DNA of 59,634 nt from Chiloscyllium plagiosum (Eukaryota), in contig NC_057728.1 of assembly GCF_004010195.1 (NCBI RefSeq), positions 46,652,645-46,712,278 on the forward strand. The letters are read 5' to 3'. The notes under the pieces are model-generated. The model was not told the origin of the DNA. It made no database searches and saw only the letters and a list, made by a program, of their open reading frames with translations. A program made the translations under genes and the position numbers. Positions 36,075-47,889 of this stretch are shown one piece after another. Within the stretch, counting starts at the first letter, position 1, and every line of letters starts with the position of its first letter.

Positions 36075-36650
36075 AAGCATATATTACGATTTTTGGAAGC
36101 TGTTTTGAAGGTCCACGTGGAAGAAATGAAAAAAAAAGAGAGATATTCTTGATGCTCAAGAGGAAGATCCTCTACAAACAGGCTTAGGCAACAATGGGAA
36201 TGGATATGGGTGGAGCTCAATGCACAATGGAGTTGGAAACAATGCAGAAAGTAGCTTAATGTCCTCAGGTCAGTGTGTGCATCTTCAAATGCTATATGCT
36301 ACCAATTGAACTATAAGCCTCTATAAGGACATTGTACAGTTCATTGCACCCCTATCCCTCACCTACCACATCTCTATCAATCAACACTCAATGTAACATC
36401 CGTAAGTCTCACCTCAATGTGACACACTTCTCGCTGCAACAAGCTATTCATCTGGATCTCAAAGCTTGCATACACTGCCATCCATTAAAACCTGACAGCT
36501 TCATAATCCAAATATATTACACTACGCTGACTGAAATATTTCCCTCTTTCTTGCAGGATGGACTGACTCATAAGCAAAGGCAGCAGGAATTACTGAGAGG
36601 GGGACAGTCACGACTGCATGTTGGACCTCCATGGTGGAGTCATTATGATC
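36075..36650 (+). pseudogene. Second decayed Harbinger-type Myb/SANT gene remnant with retained splice sites
   Basis: LRFLEAVLKVHVEEMKK/RDIL...RLRQQWEWIWVELNAQWSWKQCRK*LNVL, donor cag|gtcagt at 36268/9, acceptor ctttcttgcag| at 36556, then DGLTHKQRQQELLRGGQSRLHV. Confidence 0.7.
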
Positions 36651-37594
36651 CAAAACGATGAATCCAGCACCTAATCTGTAAGTAGTTTCAAATTCCTCAA
36701 TAAGTGATGCGGGTGGGCTCTTCATACAACTTAAAATTGCATGTAGCTGTGTGAGAGTAAGCGAGGGCATCACGATATTGATGTCAAATCGGTATTACAA
36801 GTTCAGTAACACTATGATTCACCTGCATGCTGTCAGTGGTCGCATGTGCTTATCCTTTACAAAGATAGTGTCTGCCTGCCGTTGGAAGGGTAAGTAAACA
36901 TTGCAGACAACATTTTCATACCGTAAACAAAATCATGTCCAACAAAATGGGCACTGCAGAGCCCACTGTTGCCCTTATTAAATTTAAAGACCAAATTCAA
37001 ATGAAAAAGACTTCATTAATTTTCCTGAGGACATTAGTTGCTACCAGAAGTACACGTCCAGCCTGCACTAACTAAGGTTCTGATTTCAATAAATAATTTA
37101 TGGAAGGGCATCAAACCTGGAAATGGGCATGACCACAATCTTAAACAATTTTCACTGCCCTTCTATCCTTAACCCATCTGTTTCTGATGATTAAAATTCA
37201 CCCACGTGCTCTAATTTAATAATTCTATTCAATTCTTTATATGTATACCTGGGAAAATGGGATATTAATTATTTTAATTTATAATTCAGGATTAAAAATA
37301 TTAGGGTTATCATTACACTACTGTGCATGCATTGCTTGCCAATTCAATATTTTGGCAAAAGTATCCACTGTGTCTGCTGGTTTTAAAGAAACCACATGAA
37401 ATTAGTTTGTTGTGCATATCCCCATTCTTAATATGTTGGAGGTGGGGTGGTTAGGTGAAGGTGAGGATTGCAGCATATCAGTGAAAACATTTTGCATTCA
37501 TGCTCAGCTAGAAGTGCCAAGTGAATAATCGATCACAGTTGCCTTTTGGCGGGCCCAACATCACAGATATTGGCCTTCAACTAAGTTGATTCAC

Positions 37595-37965
37595 AGCATG
37601 TAATAACAAGAAGTGGCTGAAGGTATTGGATACAGCAAAGGTTATGGACCTGGACAACATTCCATCAAAAATAGTAAAGTCTTCTTGCTCCAAAACTATT
37701 GATGTCCCTAGCTAAGTTGCTCCAGTACAGCTATAACACTAGCATTTACCTGGCAAAGTAGAAAATTACTCAGATATGCAGTAATGGCTTATGCTCAAAA
37801 GCAAGACAAATCCAATGCAGACAATTACTGCCCTAACAGTCTGATCCAAATCATCCACAAAGGATTGGTTCACAATGTTTTCAAGTGGTATCTGCAAAAG
37901 AATAACTTGCTCACCGACACAGTTTTGGTTCTGCCAGGATCTCCTGACCTCTGACCTCATTGCTG
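37595..37965 (+). mobile_element. RT fragment of the 17.2-20.1 kb LINE family
   Basis: ggatacagcaaaggttatggacctggacaacattcc...ccagtacagctataacact matches 18570-18910. Confidence 0.8.
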
Positions 37966-38514
37966 CCTGCAAAGATTTTATAATTTTACTTTTCTGTATT
38001 TTTGGTTGTGAACTAAAATGGGAAGCAAACTGTTTTGATAAAAAAAGGATTGTTGAGGATTCCTGCATTTTCTAAAGCAAATAATCAGGCACTCATTGTC
38101 AGTGCTGTTTACACAGCTGCTTGTTCAAGCAATAGTGGAAACCTAGTTTACAGATGAGCTAGAGCCAAGGGCATTGACTTTTGGCTCACATGGGCTAGTG
38201 ACAACTTCTTGATGACAATACCTTCTGCCTGCCAACATCTATGTGATTGGATCCTAGTTATCTGAAGAGGTGTGAGTGTTTTTGGCAGAGATCATCAGAC
38301 CTCTGGAGGAGAAGGATGTTTTTTTTTTGCTGCACTACTTTAAGTCTAAAGAAAGCCATTTTTCACTCAGCAGGTGCCTTAGGCTATGGCTCTTAAACAA
38401 TTAACCAGAGACTTCTTAAGTACAAACCAACTACTCAATAGCTTTTGCAAGTAAGTTAAATTATTTGCAGATAGAGAATCAAGGAGCATCTCTTCCTGAC
38501 AGGCAAAAGGACAG

Positions 38515-39160
38515 AAGAACATAAGAAATAGGTATGGGGTAGCCCATTTGGCCCGACAAGTCTGCTTTGCTATACAAGGAGAGATCCAAGAACACATTCA
38601 GGAATGGCTTCTTCAATGCTGTTATCAGACTTTGAATGGAGCTCTTTAACGTTAACGTTGATCTCTCTCTGCACCTTCTTGGCAGCTGTAACATTGTATT
38701 CTGCACTCTGTTCTGTTACCCTATAGTATGACCTGCCTGTAAAGCACATAAGATAGCACTTTTCACTGTACCTCGGTACACATGACAGTAATAAATCGAA
38801 TCAAATCAAATCAAATCAAGTCAGATCAAGTTAAATCAAGAAGACATTGATTGATCTACCCCAGGCCTCAAATTCCTTTCATATCAGCTCAGTATAACTG
38901 TCAACGCCTTGTTATATCAAAAATCTGTTTCTTCTCTAAATGCTTTCAGTGATCTATCCTCCACAACTCTGAGGTAGAGAAATCCAGATATTCACAATGC
39001 TCTGGAAGAAGAAGTTCCTTCACAGCTCAGTTTTAAATGAGTATCTCCTTAATCTGTAACCACACCCTTTGTTTCAGGTTTTCCTTGCTAGCGGAAACAT
39101 CTTCTCAACATCTCCCTGGCAAGCCCTCTCAGAACCTTCCATGGTTTTTATATCTTATAT
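38515..39160 (-). mobile_element. CR1 3' remnant hosting a Rex1/Babar tail
   Basis: agaacataagaaatagg..gtag.ccatttggccc tail, with the body resuming at 38849 (gatctacc...gaagaagttcctt...ggaaacatcttctcaacatc). Confidence 0.75.
38599..38836 (+). mobile_element. Rex1/Babar-type LINE 3' end
   Basis: ttcaggaatggcttcttcaatgctgttatcagact (FxNSFFPxxIRL-like) ...cacttttcactgtacctcggtacacatgacagtaataaa(tcaaa)n. TSD-like caagaacacatt / caagaagacatt. Confidence 0.7.
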
Positions 39161-40130
39161 GAAAAGAATTAAGGTAAACAAGTCACCAGAGGCTGATGAG
39201 ATCTATCCCTGAATGCTGAGGCAGGAGAGGGAAGAAATTGCTGGTGTCTTGTACAAAATCTTTGTATCATCTTTAGTCACAGGGGAGGTCCCAGATGATT
39301 TGAGAATAGCTGATGCTGTTCCTTTGTTTAAGAAGGGCAACAGGGATAATTTAAGGGAATTACAGGCTGGTAAGCCTTACTTCAGCGGTCGAGAAATTAT
39401 TAGAGAAGATTCTTAGGGACAGGACCTAAGAATATGAAGTTTTGGAAAAATATGAAGTTTTAGGAAATGTGCCATTGTGGGGGAAAGGTTGTGACTCCCA
39501 AGCTTGATTGAGTTTTTTTGGGCAAGTGATGAAAATGATTGATGAAGGTAGGGCAGTGGATGTTGTCTGCATAGACTTTAGCAGGGCCTATGACAAGATC
39601 TCTCATGGCAGGCTGATACAGATGGTGACATTGGATTTGTGATGAGCTGGTAAGATGGATATAGAACTGGCCAAGTCATAAAAGGCAGAGTAGCGGTGGA
39701 AATGTGTTTTTCTGACTGGAGATCTATGACTAGTGGTGTCCTGCAGGGCTCAGTGCTAGGAGCCTTGTTGATTTTGAGGAGAATTTAATGGATCTGATGA
39801 GAAAGTTTACAGATGACACAAAGGTTGGGGGAGCTGCAGATGGTGAGGAGGATTGCCAGAGGATACAGCAGGATATAGGTAGCAATGATTTTGGATGGTC
39901 TAATGCAGGGGGGAATTATACAGTAAATGGCAGAACCCTTAGAAGCATGAACTTACAGAGGGATCTCAATGTACAGGTCTATAGTGCCCTGAAAATGGCA
40001 ATACAAAGTGGAGAATGTGGTCAAGAAGGCTTATGGCATGCCTAGTTTATTGGTCAGGGCACAGAATATAAAAATTGACAAGTCGTCTTGTGGCTATATA
40101 GAACTTTAGTTAGGCCACATTTGGGATATC
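39160..40130 (+). mobile_element. CR1 RT fragment, decayed
   Basis: TGEVPDDLRIADAVPLFKKG, VDVVCIDFSRAYDKI, GVLQGSVLG, KFTDDTKVGG. Confidence 0.9.
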
Positions 40131-40149
40131 ATGATAGAATACTTTGAAC

Positions 40150-40700
40150 TTGACTGAATGAGTGCCACTCCAACAACACCCAGAAAGCTTGACACCATGC
40201 AAGACAAAGCAGCTCACTTGTGTGGAACCTCATCTCTCACCTTCAACATTCACTCTCTTCACCACCAAAACACAGTGGCAACAGTGAATACCATCATCAA
40301 GATGTACTAAAGTAAGGAACGAAGGCTTCTCCAGCAGCAGTTTCTAAACCTGAAACCTTGAACATTTAGAAGAGTAAAAGCAACAGATGCATTTAAACAG
40401 CACTGCCCACAGGTCACCTTCAAAGCCATATGTCATTCTGACTTCAAACTACTTTTTCTATTCTATAATCATTCACAGAATGTGGACATCATTGACCAGG
40501 CCAGTATTTATTGTTGTTGCTTCATCATTGTTGCGTTAAGTGTCTGGGCCTCCCTTCCTAGTATCACTGCGATTATCCCTGCACTCCAAGGCCTGCAGCA
40601 GTTTAAGAAGACAGCTCACCACCACTTTCTCCAAAGCAATTAGGGACCTGCAGTCAGTCCACGCTGACCTAGCCAGCAATGCCCATACTCTATGAACATT
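40150..40700 (+). mobile_element. 3' end of the 17.2-20.1 kb LINE family
   Basis: aagcttgacaccatgcaagacaaagcagc...gcagcagtttaagaagacagctcaccaccactttctc...gcaattaggga. Confidence 0.82.
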
Positions 40701-40729
40701 TTTATTTTAAAAAGTTGAACTTTCATTTA

Positions 40730-41040
40730 GAGCTATAGAAGTCTACAGCACAGAAAAAGGCCCTTCAGCCCATTACTTTGTGCCAATCAAAAGCAACCAC
40801 CCAACTATTCTGTGGTCAAGTGATCATATCCTTGTATGCTTTGTCATACAAGGTTGAAATATGTCATAAAGAGTTTCTACTTCTACCATGTTTACCATGT
40901 GAAGATCATTTTTCTTCAGGGCCCCCCTAAACCCCTTACCCCTTAGCTTAAATCAATGACCTCTGATTATTGATATTTCCAGCAAAGGGGAAGGTATCTT
41001 CTTGTCTACCTTCTCTATGCCCCTCATAATTTTATATATT
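40730..41040 (-). mobile_element. CR1 3' tail remnant
   Basis: tagaagtctacagcacagaaaaaggcccttcagccc...tctatgcccctcataattttatat. Confidence 0.75.
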
Positions 41041-41790
41041 TGCACACTTTAAATTTCTAAGGGCTGTTCAGCTCTCATTTGTCCCTGCTAAACAGTTCAA
41101 TATAGAAAACAAAAAAAAACAAATTTAATAGTGAGTAGTAAGATGTTCCACAAACCAATTACAGTGTTGATCAGTTTCTATACAAAGAATAGTTATTAAG
41201 AATTGAAGTAAGAGCGAGCCTCACAAAATTCAATGAATTTAACTCCTTATTCCTAGCTATGTTCACAGAACATTACTGACACTATTAAGTTAATGTTCTT
41301 AGTGAGCACTATGTGTGACAGTGAATAACATCCCTGTCTCTGAGACAGGAGCTCTGGGTTAATATTTACTCCATGACTTGATGTTCAAGGAAGGTGTAGA
41401 CAAGCAGTGCCAGTATCAACCTGCAGATCATTCAGACTAGACCAATTACAAGCTGTAAAAATGGGAGAGATTCCTGCTCAGTCATGTGATAGAAATAAAT
41501 TGTAATGACAACCATGCTACAGATCAATGCTACAATATGCACATTAAAGTATGTTGCCACAGCAATGTTGACTTCTTTGGTGTTGGTTCATTCATTTGGC
41601 GAGATTGAATCAGCTTGGCACAAGATGCATGAAGTTCTGATTCTGATAGACTTGACATCTACCTCCTTGTCTGTGGTTTTGGTGCTGTGGGTTAGACTTG
41701 TCTTGAACAGAGAACTCAAGATGATATGCACAAAAACATGAACTCTTTGACCATGGTATTGTTAAGTGAAATATTAAGCCATGATGTGTG

Positions 41791-42114
41791 TGAGATAACT
41801 CTAGAGGCTGGTATCCTGTCATTCTTTATTTACTAATGAACAGTCCTTGCCTGATTCAAAGTCAGATGCCAAAGTGTCAGTATCTCTGACACTCATCCTT
41901 TTCATATATCAGTCAGGGCTTCCTGATTGGACCGGAGTAACAGCCCCAACCAGGGATGTCATATTCTATAAGGAACAACAACAAAAACTGCTGGAAAATC
42001 TCAGCAGTTCTACAGCATTGGTGGAAAGAAATCAGAGTTAACATTTTGGATCCAGTGACCTTTCATCAGAATTTCCATGAGGTGTAGCTGGTTGACCCCA
42101 TTGCAATCACTACA
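41791..42114 (-). mobile_element. Solo LTR candidate (Gypsy-like), interrupted by a Penelope pLTR piece at ~41972-42072
   Basis: Minus strand begins TGTAGTGATTG and ends ...gttatctCA. It carries ccaatcagg, atatatgaa (TATA-like) and aataaa. 5-bp flanks are gtgtg / gtctg. The insert is flanked by ttctataagg / ttccatgagg and has CTGATGA on the minus strand. Confidence 0.65.
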
Positions 42115-43309
42115 GTCTGAATATTTTAGGTTTATATTTTGACATAAGATACGAACAAACAATGAACTGTATGATAAACACAATTAGTTAAAATTAGTCA
42201 GTGCATTAATCTGCCTACTTCTCCAAACTCATCACGCCCAATATTATGAAAATTCCTTTCACTGACTAAGTCTGTTTCTCTATTGGTTGTTGAGACATGT
42301 ATGCAGTGAAGCCAGATGAATTGGCAATACAATTTCCGATATATATACCTTAATTTGAACAAATGCTATTCATATTTTTATCCCTCATTTTCATATTTTC
42401 CATTTGTTTCAATAATTCAAAGTAATAAAATTAATACACAGTAGCAAAACTGATAAATACCTGTGGCTTTATTATTCATGTCAGGCTAGTTATTCAGTTC
42501 CTCCATCAAAATTTTATCTTCTACTTGACTGGAAGCTCAAGTCAATTATACATCGTCCAAGAATTGCCATTCTTTTTGTTATCTGGCTGACTGCAATACT
42601 GGAAAGATATCTTCCTTTCTTCCATGCACTGTTATCATCTGCAGGTGTTCGGTCAATAAATGTAGCATATGAAATTTGAAGACTTGTCATTATTACAAAG
42701 ATAGATTTAATCTTGTGCTTTGCAGAGATGAATGAATGAAATGTTTACTGGTCATATAAGCCAATTGATGATTTAGATGAGTTAATGAATGTAAAAGGGG
42801 TGTTATTCTTGATGTGGTCTAGCATGATTGTTCTATTGCCTCTGCTCTTATATTTCAGTTAATATCTACATTAAATTTATTTCTTAAAAACAAGTTCATC
42901 AGAAGTCCAAGTACAAATGCTTAGTAACTGGTTAATATTGTTTCTTCAACTGGAATAATGACAGGATTAGCTGAAATGGCTAGCACCTGGACATAAAATT
43001 GGCTTTGAGACCAGTACACATTAGACAGATGGTTAATGACTAAAGATATAATACAGAATGCCAACATCCCCCTACATAATTATTTAAACAAGGGCACAAG
43101 GCATTTTGATGATCATGAGCTGCTGTTTTGATTTAGCAATTGATGAATGCTTTCATGTGAAACTTCCTTTCATGCCATATGTATTTATGTCCTAATGCAC
43201 TTATCTTAACCCCATGTATTGTTGAAGCAGACATCTAAGTGTGAGTTAAAGTTAGCATCAAAAGATGGAAGAATTAATTAACTCACTCTTACGCTGCTGT
43301 CTTCCCATG

Positions 43310-43550
43310 TAGCCATAGGTACATAATGGAGAGTTATAGGTCACTCAACCCCTTGGGTATGCTTATTTATCATTCAATTAGATCATAACTGATCCACACT
43401 CTCAACTTCTTTCTTCTGTCTTTTTTCCAGATCTTTTGATGACCATATCGAACAAAAATCAATAAATCAATCTCAGTCTTGAAATCTTCAATTGGTTGGA
43501 CAGACAGAGCCTGGAGGAGGAAGAGTTCAACATTTCCAATATAGAATATT
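43310..43550 (-). mobile_element. Old CR1 3' remnant
   Basis: cattcaattagatcataactgatc...atcaatctcagtcttgaaatcttcaatt. Confidence 0.6.
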
Positions 43551-44392
43551 TTCAACTCTCAATCCTCCATTTTCAATAGCTCCTCTATCAAATACTTTTA
43601 ATACTTTAAACTATTCAATCAGATAATTTATTTTTGACAACCCTCAGAGCCAAAAGACAACTTCCTTACCTTTGTACATTTATTAGTTCTAAGCATTGGT
43701 CAATCAATTCAATAGAAGGAATTAGAAAAGTTTCAGCTGCTATGAAAATATGTTTAATCTTGTGCTTTAAAGAAATGAAATGCTCTCTCCTATGCAAAAG
43801 GGAATTCAAGCCAAGTGTATGCAACCTGTCCTCTTAATTTAAATTTCAAGAGCTCTGTCCATGCAATTGACTTTAAGTTATTTAAATTACTTAATGTGTA
43901 TTTTTGTCTTAATACCACTCGAATTTAACAGATAAATTAAAACCATAAGTTCAACCCAACCAGCGTAAAAAAAGATAATTAATCATTCCCAGGATGACAC
44001 ATGCCTGTGCAAAGTTGCAAGTTACCCATTTAATATCACGTGAATAATCAAAGGCATCAGATCTTAGCTATCTATTAGATGTAAAACTCTGAATGAGGAT
44101 TGGAAGCCCTGTAATGCACAAAGTAGATAGTAAGGCCAGGCGCAGACCAAAGGTCAGCTCTCAACAATTGGTATAAATGAAACAATGCAGATGTGGGCTG
44201 TGCAAGAGATAAAGAAGCAATCCAGAATAAACCACTCAGTGTATATCACTTCAAAGCAAATTATATCAGTGGTCATCACATCAACTTGGAAAGGAATCTT
44301 GAAGATAAAAGTATTCAGAACCATACTGGCATAAATACAGAACTGGCTGATTGAAAATTGAATAATTTTGAGGTCCACCCTAGTTTGTAAAG

Positions 44393-44566
44393 ATCAAAAA
44401 TTAGACGACACCAGGTTATAGTCCAACACGTTTATTTGAAAACGCTAGCTTTCAGAGCAGTGCTCCAAAAAACTAATGTTTACAAATAAACCTACTGGAC
44501 TATAACCTGGTGTCATGTGATTTTCGACCTTGTCCAACCCAGTCCAACTAGGACATCTCTACATCT
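44393..44566. mobile_element. Fold-back Penelope pLTR mini element with TSD
   Basis: gacaccaggttatagtccaacacgtttatttg ... caaataaacctactggactataacctggtgtc. TSD tagtttgtaaag / tagattgtaaag. Confidence 0.8.
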
Positions 44567-44884
44567 AGATTGTAAAGGAAGCTCATAGTTTGTTATATAA
44601 TGGGGCAGTATGTAATTCACAGATGAGGGGAATGAAAACTCAGCAAGGCCATTGAAATTGGCACTTAGTTCAAACAGACTCCATTTTCATTGCGGCAAAG
44701 TCTCCAACTTGCAGTGTGGGAATATTTTAGCTACTTTGATGGATGCTTAAGATCTGCAGAATTGCATAGATATGAAATAATTTAATTCCCTGGTCCTTTA
44801 AAAATGAAATGATGAAATTTTAAGTGGGAATTGAAAAAAAAACTGATCTAGCAGGTTAGAATAACTATTTGTTGACATTTCATA

Positions 44885-45570
44885 AAATCATGGAATCACA
44901 GAATTATATAATACAGATGAGGCCCTTCAGCCTACCGAGTCTGTCCCACAAAAAAAATTCCAAATCTCCACTAGTCACTCATCCCAGCAATTGGCCCCTT
45001 TCCTTGAATGTTTTGATATTCCAAATGTTTATCCAAACACATTTTAAAGGTTGTGAGATTTCTCACCTCAATTACCCTCCAATGCAGTGCATTCCACATT
45101 CCAACCACCCATGGTTGGTCATAAAGTCATAGTCATAGAGATGTACAGCACGGAAACAGACCCTTCGGTCTAACTTGTCCATGCCGACCAGATATCCCAA
45201 CCTAATCTAATCCCACTTGCCAGTACCGGCCCATATCCCTCCAAACCCTTCCTATTCATATACCCATCCAAATGCCTTTTAAATGTTGCAATTGTACCAG
45301 CCTCCACCACTTCCTCTGGCAGCTCATTCCATAAATGCACCACCTTCTATGTGAAAACGTTGTCTCTTAGGTCTCTTTTATATCTTTCCCCTCTCACTCT
45401 AAACCTATGCCCTCTAGTTCTGGACTCACCCAGACAAAAGACTTTGTCTATTTATTCTATCCATGCCCCTCATGATTTTATGAACTTCCAAAAGGTCACC
45501 CCTCAGCCTTCAACGCTCCAGGGGAAACAGCCCTAGCTTATTCAGCCTCGCCCAATAGCTCAAATCCGAG
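44885..45570 (-). mobile_element. Two abutting CR1 3' fragments (older 44885-45115, younger HER1-type 45120-45570)
   Basis: Two successive tails: atcatggaatcacagaatt...ggcccttcag and gtcatagagatgtacagcacggaaacagacccttcggtc. Confidence 0.85.
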
Positions 45571-45624
45571 ATTGTATGCTTTCTTGACCTCCAAATCTTC
45601 CCTTGTGTATTTCTGTTTTCAGAT

Positions 45625-46430
45625 AGAATCATCCAGTTGTACAGCACAGAAACAGAACTCTTGATCCAACTCATCCATGCTGACCAGATGTCTCAAATTT
45701 ATCCAGTCCCATTTGGCACATATCCATCTAACCTCTTCCTATTCATGGATGGGTACATGAATAGGAAGTGTTTGGAGGGATATGGGCCGGGTACTGTCAA
45801 GTGGGATTAGATTAGGTTGGGATATCTGGTCGGCATGGATGAGTTAGACTGAAGGGCCTCATCTGTATTATATAATTCTGTGATTCCATGATTTTATGAA
45901 ATGTCAAAAAATAGATATTGTAACCTGCTAGATCAGATGTTTTTTCAATTCCCACTTAAAATTTCATCATTTCATTTCCTAATCATGGATCCATCCAATT
46001 GCCTTTTTAATGTTGTATTTGTACTAGCCTCCACCATTTCTTCTGGCAGCTAATTCCATACATGCACCACCCTCTGCATAAAAAAGTTTCTACTTAGATC
46101 CCTTTTAAATCTTTCCCCTCTCACCTTAAACCTCTATGCACTCTAGCCTTAGACTCCCCTACCCTATCCATGCCCCTCATAAGTTTGTAAACCTCTACAA
46201 GATCGCTTCTCAGCCTCCAATGCTCCAGGGAAAATAGCTCCAGCCTATTCAGCCTCTCCCTATAGATCAAATTCTGAAAGCCCAGCTACATCATTGTAAA
46301 TCTTTTCTGAACCATTTTGAATTGCATAACATCGTCCCTGTAGCAGGGAGACCAGAATTGAATGCAGTTTTCCAAAACTAGCCTAAGCAATGAACTGTCG
46401 AGCTGCAGCATGACCTCCCAACTCCTATAC
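45625..46430 (-). mobile_element. CR1/HER1-type 3' fragment interrupted by an inverted templated insert (45751-45975)
   Basis: Tail gtacagcacagaaacaga... and body collinear with 45120-45570 on either side of the insert. Confidence 0.85.
45746..45977. repeat. Inverted chimeric copy of 45161-45270 plus 44802-44930
   Basis: Direct reverse-complement match to both segments, joined at the shared cccttc(a/g)g. Flanked by ttcctattcatggat (45736-45750) and ttcctaatcatggat (45976-45990). Confidence 0.92.
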
Positions 46431-47739
46431 TTTCTGCTGCACAATTGAGCGGCAAGCTATTTTTGCCGCTGGAGGAACTGTTAGCACTTCTGATGTTACT
46501 GTCCTGCAGGGTTGATCCCCAAGAATTGCTGCCCAGCTAACCGTTGCAGACTCAATATGAAGGGCAAGCCATAACAGACATCTGATGAAGAAAACGCCAT
46601 CTGGTAGTGGTTCAGCTTTGAAAGAATTTGCTGTTCTCTCTCAGAATGACAGCAGTCAAGCTCCAACCCCGTCTCCTCTGCCACAAGTCTTGCTGTGCCC
46701 TGGGCTGACAGCCGTAGCTGATGCTAGCAATGCTGAGGTGGCCCACCTCAAAACCAGAGCCTCAAGGTTTGAAGCTGCTCGAGGTCACCTTTTAAAGCCA
46801 GCTTCAGTCTCACGCTTTGACAGTGACAGGCCTGCCGTAGGTATGCTGCAGGCAATGGGTTAATACTGCAAGGAGCACTGAAATAGACGCAGTCAACCAC
46901 AATACTAGCATGATGATGTTAGTAGCTCAATTTTGTCTCCCTTACTGCAAGTACTACTGAACAAAATTCTTTTAGGATGGAATTTTGTTTGTGACTTTCA
47001 TTTCAGAATTGTTTTGCCAAGGAGCACTGTCACATTTCTAAGAAGGTGAATTGAAAGGCTGAGAATTGTGAAGCGACTGTGACATGAAATGATCCCCCTT
47101 TGGGAACCAAAGGTATCCTGAGTAATTGTTTACGGACGAGCTGTCAGTAGTGAAGTGTCCAGATTATGTCTCCCTTTCCTCCTCTTTCTTCTCCTCCTCT
47201 TCAAGATATTTATGTACATTTGGCCCGAAGTATCCGTTTCTGTTGATAAACGGTGACCATCCTAATCACACTTTCTAACTCTTGATCTATATCCCTTTAG
47301 ATACTGGTATTTCAATAATTAATCAAATATTTTAACTGATGAAAGGGTCTCTGCCTGGTCATTGCAGTGGTATTGTTTCCATGCAGTGGCAGATACATCA
47401 GGCGTAGTGTGGTTATTGTTGTATGCAGTAATAATTCTAACATTAAGCTCACACAATCTGATGATGGGTAGAGAAAAAAAGAGGTGCTGATAGAAATATG
47501 TCTCATCACTGACTCCTCATTTTGCAATTATGCCTAACAAGTGAATATAACTTGTACCTATGCTGTCATGTAATAAACTATATCTTGTTGTTAAGCCAAG
47601 TGTCTCTTCTCATTAAGACCTAATAATGGTTTATCCTCCACTGCTGCTAATGAAATAAGGAAATGTGCCTTCACTCTGTCCCAACAAATAACCACCAGTA
47701 GTTTGTAGTGCAACATACATCAGCTATCACTTATCACCA

Positions 47740-47884
47740 AGTCAGAAGTCACATGACACCAGGTTGTGGTTAAACAGGTTTATTGGAAATTTGGATTTCA
47801 CCTGATAAAGGAGCAGTGCTCCAAAACCTTCTGATTTCAAATAAACCTGTTGGCGTATAACCTGGTGTTGTATGACTTCTGATC
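47740..47884. mobile_element. Fold-back Penelope pLTR mini element, hammerhead core mutated
   Basis: tcagaagtcacatgacaccaggtt...aacctggtgttgtatgacttctga, with internal ctgataaaggagcagtgctccaaaa. Confidence 0.8.
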
Positions 47885-47889
47885 AAGCA

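Noticed and set aside
36557..36677. Well-formed exon candidate as a host coding exon
   Set aside because: Stops occur in all three frames before the donor, and the peptide is better explained as a Harbinger Myb second-exon remnant.
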